From Bilabrum cf. latius (taxonomy: Eukaryota), in the NCBI GenBank assembly GCA_965178125.1, contig OZ237763.1, positions 1 through 64,000 of the forward strand: 64,000 bases of DNA. Reading direction: 5' to 3'. Positions 51,001 through 61,271 of the stretch are shown here, in pieces (positions within the stretch are counted from its first letter, which is position 1; each line of letters begins with the position of its first letter). Both the position numbers and the translations under genes were made by a program. The notes beneath the pieces are model-generated. The model saw only the letters and a list, made by a program, of their open reading frames with translations. It ran no database searches and was not told the origin of the DNA.

Positions 51001-54000
51001 CTACGAGGTCCGTCCGAGTGAGAGCGCGGTGGGGCCTGCGCTGCAATGCAATAGAGCAGCAGCGCTTGGCACGCTTGGCACTCCTTTTACCAGCTTTGCC
51101 GAGCACTCGTTCCCGGACTTGGCGGCAGGGGAAGAATTCCGGCTGCTGGAGCCCAGATATGGGCAGTCGACCACAGTTCAGCTGTTTCCAGTTGCATCAG
51201 GATTGACCCACACCATTCGGTTGGTAAATTTGAACCACGGTGCCGAGCAACAGGGGCTGGGCCTGGCTGAAGCGGGGGCTAACGTCGCCAGCAACGAGAT
51301 CTCCGACGCGTAGCCAGGCGTGCGCTACAATATCGTAGATGTCAAAAGCGACGAATAGCCCGAGCTCAACTACTGGGACCTAGAGCCGCTGCAGCAGGCC
51401 ATCAGGAACAGCACTGAGGGGGGAGCAATGGTGCCAATGTCCGAGACAGGCTCAGCACTTAGGGTGCGAGTGGTGGTTGATGACGGTATCGAAGGAAACC
51501 CATGCGAGGAGGGGCAGGAGCTGTCGATCGAGTGCAGCGACAGCCCCGCAAGCGCAGACTTCTAGATCATAATCACCGACATATTTGACCGCCCCCACTA
51601 CAAGCTGGCCGGTAGTACATTCACCATTAGAGAGAACCAGGCAGGTCCACCCACGGCCTCGGGAGACGGGCTTCAGTGGCCCGAGGCACCAAGGGCCAAC
51701 GTGGCACCTGACGTGCAGGAGGGCTAGCTGTGGACATCGGGGCAGCAGGGTCGGCCATCCATCTTCGAGAAGATCCCGCAGTTCTACGATCCTGCAGGCC
51801 CACTAGCGGCTGTCTTCAGTGACCTAACATTCGGAGGTGCATCCAGCATTAACTTCGAGGAGCTGCCAATCGATAGCGGCACCATTACGAGCAACAGGGT
51901 CGTGTTCGAGTCGCATTTCACCATCAACCAAGGACCCCCGGTTCCCTTAGGACCTGGGGGTCCTCTTGCGCTCCCACCGATCCCTATGCCTCCCCTGGCA
52001 CCTGGAGCACCCCCGGCTCCGTTGCCTATTGGACCCGCGGGCGAGACCGTAACCATCACAATCGAGTTCGTGGACGAACAAGAGGCCCCTGTGGAGGTGG
52101 ACGTAACTGGGGGGCCCATGAGCATCGAGGAGAACAAACCGGCTGGTACGCTGGTTCAAGGGGGAACCATATCGGTGCTGGATGAGGACAGCGGGGCCAT
52201 GGTCAAGTGTCAGGTCACCGGCGCGCAGGCAGCCTTCTTCCAGGCAGCTCCCGTCGGTATTGCTGATGCAGACAGGTTCCAGCAGCTTACGCCCGCAAGT
52301 GAGACCAACATCGCAGAGGTGAACGTGGGCGCAGTGGGCGTGTGGGAGCTGCGCACTGCGGCTGCGCTCGACCACGAGGACGATGCTTTGGGCTTGTCCG
52401 CTGACGGAAGCCTGGATGTGACGATCAAGTGCACAGACAACACCGGGCTATCAACCACGCTAGATCCTCGCGCTGTGCACGTGTACAACGTGAACGAGAT
52501 GCCCCAGATCTTGGGTCTGGAGGCAGGCGGCACTTTCACGACGCTCGTGGAGAACGTGCCGACTGGCACGGAGGTGGGCGTGTTTGTGGCAAGCGACCCC
52601 GATGCCGGAGATGCTGGCACTCTGTCGTTTAGTCTGTCCGGTGCAGACGCATAGTCCTTCACCCTGGTGCCCCTGGATGCATAGTCATCTTCCTCTGGAG
52701 ACAACGTCCACAAAGCCTCAATACGGGTGGCATAGGGTACCTCTATTGACTTTGAGACGCAGAGCACTTACACGATCACAGTCACAGCCAGCGACGATTC
52801 GCCAGGAGGCATTATTTCAGAGCGCCGCCGGCAGTTGCTCGAGGCATCCACGGACATCTCGATCTAGGTCTTGGATGTGAACGAGCCCCCAGTGATCAGC
52901 ACCGAGGCATCTACGGAGTACACGGTGCCAGAGAACAGCCAGACAGGGACTGTTGTGACTGGACAACCGCAGCAGGCAAGTGACCCAGATGCAGGCGACA
53001 TACTGACCTGGGGCATCGTCGGGGGCAACGGGGCTAGCCATTTCGCGGTGGACTACTTAACAGGGGTGATCACCGCAATCGCTGGAGCTTCGCTTGATTT
53101 CGAAGACCAAAATATGCCTAGTCCGTTCGAGATCGTCCTGAGGGTGGCGGACCCGGGTGGGCTGACGGACGATAGGACAATCACAGTGGCAGTGCAGGAC
53201 GTGCAGGAAGCACCCTCCATCTCTGCCTCAGACGTGCAGCCCGTGCCAGAGAATTCTGAGGGGCGGGTGACTTTTGCCACTATCAAAGTGAGCGATCCAG
53301 ACGCTGCTGATACTCACTTGGGTCTGGGGCCTTCACCGTCACCAACGCCCTCTGTGTCAGCATCGCCAAGTAGCACGGCTTCTGTAACTCCCACTGCGAG
53401 CGTCAGCGGCAGCCCGTCCACATCGCCCACTGCGAGCGTCAGCGGCAGCCCGTCCACATCGCCCACTGCGAGCGTCAGCGGCAGCCCGTCCACGTCGCCC
53501 ACTGCGAGCGTCAGCGGCAACCCGTCCACATCGCCCACTGCGAGCGTCAGCGGCAGCCCGTCCACATCGCCCACTGCGAGCGTCAGCGGCAGCCCGTCCA
53601 CGTCGCCCACTGCGAGCGTCAGCGGCAGCCCATCCACATCGCCCACTGCGAGCGTCAGCGGCAGCCCATCCACGTCGCCCACTGCGAGCGTCAGCGGCAG
53701 CCCATCCACGTCGCCCACTGCGAGCGTCAGCGGTAGCCCATCCACGTCGCCCACTGCGAGCGTCAGCGGCAGCCCATCCACGTCGCCCACTGCGAGCGTC
53801 AGCGGTAGCCCATCCACGTCGCCCACTGCGAGCGTCAGCGGCAGCCCGTCCACGTCGCCCACACCATCGCCATCGCCGTCCGCAGCGCCTGCTGGGACGG
53901 TCGTGTCTTCCACCAAGATCGCGCAGGGTACGGGCGGGCTACCTGACACATTCCCGCAAGCCGGTGATGCGCTCGGGCGCACGGCAGGTGTGGTCGGCGA

Positions 54001-57000
54001 CATGGACGGCGACGGCGTGGACGATCTAGCGGTCCAAGTCTTCATCAGCGACCCGATCAGTGTGACGAATGCGGGCTCATTCGTGCTGCTCTTCATGAAG
54101 ACGGACGGCACCGTGAAGGGCTACAAGGAGTACTGGCTGGGAGCCGGAGGGCACTTCATCGAGGGCATCGGCAGCACGGCCAGCTCAGAGTTCGGACAGG
54201 CCCCCACCAGGCTGGACCAGCCGAATGGCGAGGACGGCCACCAGCCCAGGCTCATTGTGGCACAGGGCATCTTCAACAGCGGACGCGGCCGTGCATTTAT
54301 CGTGCGCATGGACGATCAACTAGAAGGAGCCAGCTACACCAGGCTGGAGCCGGGGTACTCAGGCCTGCCCGCCAACACCTTCGGTAGCGGTGACCGCTTC
54401 GGCACGTCGCCCAGCGTGTTGGGCGACATCGACTCGGACGGTCTCAACGACATCGCCGTGGGGGCTGACAACACTGCAGATGGCGTAACACAGGGCGGCT
54501 GCGTGCTGATCATCATGCTGACCGCGCAAGACACCATCAAGAGCTTCGAGCGGATCTCGCAGGCCACGGGCGGCGGGCTCTCCGGCATCTCGCCCCAGCT
54601 GCAGTTCCTGTCTCGCGGCATGGCGGCCCTGCCTCCCCGGCACGTGGGACATCCCGTGAGCCTGGCCGTGGGCGCGTGGGGCGCCCGATCGAATGCCGTG
54701 GTGCTGCTGACCGTGACATCATTGGGCACAGTGGCACCCGGCTCTGCGCGCGTGATCGCGGACGGACAGCAGGGCGTGCCGCCGGGCACGCTGCAGCGCG
54801 GGTCTCGCATCGGCTTCAACGTGGTGAATGTGGGCGACTTGGATGGCGATGGCATTCAGGACATCGGTGTGGGCGCGCCCAGAGACAGCACGGGAGGAGC
54901 CAGCAGCGGAGCCGTGCATCTCATGTTCCTGGCAGCTGGCAGCGAGTCCAACGCAGTGAAGAGCGTGGTGGTACTGCGGCCCACGTCACCAGGCTTGGGC
55001 GGAGTGGTAGGGGCCGGAGCCGAGCTGGTGATTGTGGCGGCGTTTGCGGATCTGAGTGGCGATGGGCGTGCAAACCTGGTGCTGAGTGGGCTTAAGGACG
55101 ACACGGGAGCCATGGATGCGGGTGCGTTGTACGTGGTCAGTATGGGCGGGCCTATCCCGTCATCCTCGCCATTGCCATCGAGGCGGCTGACGCGCACCAC
55201 TGACGGTATTGAGGGCGTGTCTGTGGACTGCGGATCCAGCAAGACTCAGGTATCCGTTGAGCTCGCCGAGGAGCAGGACACAATTGTGCTTCAGTCTATC
55301 GCTTCTCTAGACTTTGAGAGCTTCGTCTCGGCCGAATGCGAGGTGACGGTCACTGACAGCGCTGGGCTGATTGCCAGCACCTCTGTCCCAGTGGCCGTGA
55401 CGGACGTGCAGGAGAGTCCCGTGTTCTACCAAGAAATTTTCCAGTACTTGCTGGACGAAAACATGCATCTGCACGCCCCGGTGAATGCGACCGGCCTGGC
55501 CGTGGCCGCCTTTGACCCTGACGCCGCCGATGCCAGCGCTCTCGTGTACACCCTGACCGGCCCCACCGCCTGGCGATTCCACATGGACGGCACTAGCGCA
55601 GTAGTTGAGTACCGAGGGCTGGGCGAGAATTTCGAGTCCTTCCCACTTGGAATGGAGTACGTGGACGTCGGTGTCAGCGTGACAGACTCGGCTGGAAACA
55701 CTGATAACGCAATCATGCGGGTGTGGGTGGCTGACGTGAACGAGGCACCTGTGCTCGTCGGACCCCCAACTGCGGAACAGGCACCGCGCCTAATCACCAA
55801 GGACATCGGCGCGGGAGCGGCGGTGAGTGGCAGCCCGCTACTCACTGTGGACCAAGATAGGTCAGACCAGCTGCACTGGTATGAAGTGACCGGGTGCTCG
55901 GGCCAGGGGTGTGGTGCCTTTGGGTTCCATCCCGAGACCGATCCGAGCATCCGTCTGCTTCGGCCGGAGCTACTGGACGCGACAGTGGCAGCCTATGAGG
56001 TGTCTCTGACGGTGCGGTCCAGGGACAGGCAAGACACCACGGCAGGGCTATTCTCGGGGGAGGGCGTGGTGCGGGTCTTGGTCGACTGCCCCACGATCTC
56101 CTGTCCCGATGGGTACGTGGCGCACGGGATTTGCGGGCCCAACGTATAGCAGCAGTGCATTGCACTCGACCAGACTGGACCTGCCCCTGTGGATGACAAC
56201 GAGAACGCCTTCATCGTGCAAGAGCGGGCGCCTGCCTCCGCAGAGGGCCCCGTGGCTGGCCTGACCCTGGTGCAACACACACAGCATATGGGACGCGAGG
56301 GCCAGGGGACCTAGACCAGCCGTGATGGGGACTGCGGCACCGAGCTGAAGCTGACCTGGGCGGTGGAAGCAGAGCCTGCAGAGGTAGGGAGTGGGCTGAG
56401 CTCGGCGGCTCGCCTGGATGCCGTCCGTTTCTTCCGTCTCACAGGCAGTACTAGCTCCTTCATGGGCGAGGAGCCCGCGCGTGCCGTGATTGGGCTGAAT
56501 GGATCCACTGGGGGCCAAACTGCCGTGGTGTACTCGCCCCGATTGGGACTTGGTGATGCCTCCAGCGTCATCGTAGAGCAGGTGTTGGTGGGCGATGGCT
56601 GCATCGACTCCAGCGCCAACCCTGACAACCTGCTTTCCTTGCCCGAGTCGTGCTTTGCCCCACTAAAGCCACTGGCGGGAGGTAGCATGCTTTCAATCGA
56701 CCCAGTGGACGTGTCCACGAGGTGCTTCTGCAGCCGATGCGGAGTGCCTCCCGGCGCAGTGGCCACCACCTACCGCAACCCAGCCTGCCTGGCAGACACC
56801 TATGACGCCTACATGGTGCCCGAGGAGGAATGGTGCCTGGAGTGCAGCACCTGCACCAGCCAGCAATTTGAAACTCGAGCCTGCAGGGGGCAGCACGAAG
56901 GCGACGAGGTGGACCCTGGGACTGACCCCGCCTCGCTGGACAGGCAGTGCCAAGACTGTACCGTGTGCGGGTATGACGAGTTCGAGGTGTCCAGTTGCGG

Positions 57001-60000
57001 AGGGGACGACGGGCGTACGGACCGCGTGTGTGCTCCCAAGCTCATGGAGAGCTACCCTGTGAGGAGAAAGGACGGGCGCACTCGCAGAGGCAGGCTGTTT
57101 GATGGGTTCAGCGGGTAGTTGCGAAATGCCTTGGACCAAGCCGAGTTTGAGTTCCGGTACAGCGACAACCAGATCTCGGAGGGCTAGTAGGCGTGGTTCC
57201 GAGTGGACGAGATCCGCCGAGGCAACGTGCGATTCGCGTACGTGTTTAAGGCCGATAATCACCGCGAGTACCGCTTCATCTTGGGGAAGTTTCCAAATCA
57301 GGACCTACGCTTCCGGCTGTCCTACCTCCACATCGACACCCGTCGAGGGGAGTCAATGCCAACCGAGAGGCCGAGGGACACGGATTTACGATGGAGGCAG
57401 TCCAACACGGTCGAGCTGCGCGCCGGCAGTGTTGAGACATTCAAAGAGGCCACCGTCGTGGGCGGATACCCCAAGCGGTCGGTTCGGGCCACGGGGTCAC
57501 GTGGGCGCATCGAGAATGCGTACGACTTGCAGCAGCGGAACGAGTCATGCCACGTCATTGCTGACGTCAGGTACGTGTGCCGTGATCGTGGGGCCGGCAC
57601 CGAGTGCGCTGAGGAGCAGACCTTCCTGGTCCGCGAGACGAGGCGGGGCAACATTCGGTTCGGCAGGACGATCACCATGGCCGCCGACACCGAGGCGCGA
57701 CTGGATCTGGGCACCTTCCCCAACCAAGACGTCAGGTTCACGCTGTTTCACTCGGACGGCAGCGGAGGGTGGAGGCGGTCCAACGACATCGACGTGCGGA
57801 CTGGGTGCGCGCCCACCTTTGAGCCTCTCGAGGTGGTGGGGGAGCAGGACTCGGACAGGCAGACCAACCGGAGGGGGCGGCTGATTCCCATGTACGGAGA
57901 GAAGAGAGCCGCAAATGGTGACGTGCTAGTGTTCATTGATTACTTTGATGAGGACGGGCCCGCAGTAGACCGCTTCGTGGTCAAAGAGACACGCCGAGGC
58001 AACATCCGATTCGCCAAGGAGATCACGCTGCATAACGGCGAGAGGAAACTGCTCAATCTGGGCCAGTTCCCCAACACAGACATCCGATTCGGGCTGTTCT
58101 TTGAGAATAGGGAAGGTCGCGGGGACTGGCGGCAAGGGCACACCATCGATGTTGGCACTCAGAGAGTTGAGACATTCCAACAGGCCCTGCCGCTGGGTCC
58201 GTCCACCAATACCACTCGACGCACAGGGCTCAGGGGCCGCATCGAGGGCGTGTACGGGGAACGTCGGGCCCCGGGGTGCAGCGTGCACGTGCGTGTGCGG
58301 TACTGGGACGAGCACAGGTGTGACGAGGACCAGAGGGAGACCTTCCTGGTCCGTGAGGTGCGCAGATCCAACATCCAGTTCGCACGCACCGTGACTCTGC
58401 AGAACGGGCAGGCCATGGACCTGGATCTGGGTACCTTTTCTAACACGGACCTGCGGTTTGCTCTCTTCCACGAGTATCCCGCGGGCCACTGGCGCGTGTC
58501 CAACGAGATCGATATAAGGACTGAGTGCGCGAACCTGTTCGATGAGGCGGACAACAGCGATGAGGCAGACACCATCAAGGGACGTGGAGGCAGGTACGAC
58601 GCCTACACTGGCTCCAGGGGCCGCATCTTCAACGTGTGGAACACGCGCAGGGCGGGATCGCAGTCTGGGCTAGTCACAGTGGATGCACAGACGGGATTAG
58701 AGACCCCGGTGCAGGGCGGCGACGTGGTGGTGCGCGTGGCCTACTCGCACATCCACGGGGCAGACCCGAAGCGCTTCTTGGTCCAGGAGACGAGGCGGAG
58801 CAACATCTAGTTTAGTAAGGCCATCACTTTGCAGGACGGAGAGGAAAAGTGGGTAAACCTGGGCCAATTCCCTAACACGGACATCCGGCTCGGCATTTTC
58901 TACTGGGACCGTGTGAGGGGCTGGCAGCTGGGCCGCGAGGTGGACATCGGCAAGGAGCAAGTGGAGGACCTGAGCCCAGCCGAAGAAGCAGACGGATATG
59001 CCATCGAGAACCATCGTCACACGGGCAGTAGGGCTCGTTTGGAGACCATCACTGGGCAGAACCGGCTGTGCGACGGCAGCGTGGCATTCCGCGTGCTCTA
59101 CTGCGAGGACGAGCGGTATGCCCCCGACAGCCGGACCTTCGTACTTAGAGAGACACGCAGGTCCAACGTGGATTTCACAGTCTCAATTGAGCTCAACAAT
59201 TGCAAGGAAACGGTGGTGATTGTGCCTGCCTCCGAGCTCACCAACCAGGACCTGCGCTTCCAGCTGTTCGACTACGACGGACAGGGCGGATGGGACGCGT
59301 ACAACCCAAGCTACGACATCCGCACGACCCGCGTGGACGAGGTGTGCCCTTCGCACCTGGACATCCCCGACGCTGACGTGGCGCACGTGGTGACCCGCCG
59401 CTCCCTCCGCGCGACAAAAGACTCGGGTGCTCGGCAGGTCCAGACCCTCCGGTCCTCACTGTCTGCAGGCGGGCTGGGCGCCTCTGCAAGGCTCATGCTG
59501 CCCGCTGCAGCATCCATCCAGGTGTCTATCGACCCCTTGCAGCTGGGTGCCGAAGCAGCTCAGGCGGCTGCCGCCGTGACCAGCCCAGGGCAAGGCGACC
59601 TAGCTCAGCTGATGGCCCTCCGCGTTGGGGCCCAGGACTCGATGCGGGCCGCACTGGAGACCACAGACCCAGTCTTATCCTCTCAGGTGATGCTGTTTGT
59701 GAACCTGGACGCCGAGGAGAGGCAATTGGGCCTGGCTGTGTTTCCTGGACATCTGGAGCAGGACGTGGTGCATGCACTATCGGAGTACACCTCGAACGGC
59801 GGTCTAGCGTCAGACCTGGGTCTTTCTCGCGCAAGCGTGGCTGCCGGTCGGTCTAGCTCTGGCAGTGGAGGTAATGAAGGGGCCCTGGTGCTGGTGCAGG
59901 AGTCCGAGCTAACCGTGGATCGTGCGGGGGCAGAAGCAGGATCTAGTGCAAGTGGTGCTGGCAATGCATCGCCTGGAGCCCGCAATGACAACAGTGGTGC

Positions 60001-60454
60001 GGGTACCGGCGGTGCACCGACATCCGACGGTAGCTCAAGCGGTGCTGCCGCGCCTAGCTCCATCGAGCTGCTGACTACATCACCAGCTCTGGTGGCGGTC
60101 GTGGCGGGGTCTGTGGTGGTGGCACTTGCAGCCATGATTGTGGCGGCTTTGCTTGTGGTGCGCACGCCGGGCAGAACGACGTCCCCTGCGAATCCGGCGG
60201 CTGTGCGCGCCTCGGAGGCTGGTGTGCTGGAGGAGGGCAGCAGCCTGCGGAGTATCGCTCGCCCCCTTCGTGGTGGCAATGCTGAGATTGGTGCCACAGA
60301 TGAGGAGAAAGAGAAGGAATAGACCCCAGTGGGCATCGCTGAAGAGTCTTCCGACGGTGATGACATGGTTCTGGCGTCGATCGACAGCGATAGCGAGTCA
60401 GGGTCTGACGAGGCGCGGGTGCTGCCGTCTGTGGGCATGGCTGGCATGACATGA
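48005..60454 (+). CDS. Giant (~4110 aa) type I membrane surface protein with cadherin-like, RCC1-like, Cys-rich, Ser/Thr-rich, FG-GAP and unrecognised repeats (about 25 in-frame TAG)
   Basis: Signal peptide MAAKSALLAWAALLVAPADA; intron 48214-48330. All later fragments (48755, 50141, 51029, 51902, 52871, 56363, 57203, 58829) are in one frame joined by TAG. Cadherin motifs DVNEPP, VPEN, ASDPDAGD, LDFE; FG-GAP motifs GDMDGDGVDDLAV, GDLDGDGIQDIGVGAP; TM at about 60085-60160; TGA at 60452-60454. Confidence 0.88.
53391..53860 (+). repeat. 36-bp coding tandem repeat (PTASVSGSPSTS), about 13 copies, mucin-like stalk
   Basis: Unit cccactgcgagcgtcagcggcagcccgtccacatcg repeated. Confidence 0.93.
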
Positions 60455-61271
60455 TCTAGTCATGGCTTTGCAAAGGTGCCCTATGCCTGCCAGGTGTGGA
60501 GGGCAAGTTGTTGAGGGAGGATGGAGGAGTAGGAGGCAGAAGCACTGCGGGCGAGGAGGTGCCTGAAGTGCAGTTTAGGTACAGCATGCGAGCCTTGGAT
60601 CCGTCTGCTCTCGGCCTCGGTGATGCCCTTTCTCTAGCTATGCCTGTGCCCTTGAGGGTGAAGGCGTGCCAGAGAAATGGCACTATTCGAGGGCGGATGG
60701 GTCCCACTGGCGAGCTGGGTGAGGGCTGGTGTCAGCGCACTGGGTGCGTTGCGCAGGCTATGCTTGGCTCGCCCACATTTGGTCCTTGTCTTCGGATAAA
60801 GGCCTTGGCTCCATCGTGTACGACTAGGGGGAGGAGGGGGGTTAACAGTTGCGATGGCAAGCGGGGGTTTGTGTCGCGTGAGGGGTGATAGTATAGGTAC
60901 CAGGGGCGAATGGAGCGAGTCTCCGTAGTCCGGAGTCCCGATTTCGGAATCGCTGCCTAGGCTAGAACACACGTCGTTTACCTGGTAGATGCTGCGCCCC
61001 TCTTGATGTGTTTGTGAGCTGCCCCTCAATCTACGTATGAACTGGATTTTGCTCAATCAGCAATCAAAATCTACGTCATTTTAATTATTTTCGGACTGCG
61101 ACAACTCTTTACGTAACCGTACCGGAGTCTCCCTAGGCAAGGCCCGAAAATGTCTGACTTCGGATTGTGGACCTAGGCCCAGAGGAAGGGCAATTGATAA
61201 TTACTACCAAGAACCTTATAGTTATAACTACCTGTGCACCTCAAGCAATCCTGCAAAATAACGCAATGCAA

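Noticed and set aside
60456-61270. Short ORFs between the adhesin and the ABC transporter; possible suppressor tRNA(CUA)
   Set aside because: No motifs are recognisable even with TAG read as Gln. I found no convincing tRNA cloverleaf here or elsewhere by eye; tRNAscan-SE is needed.
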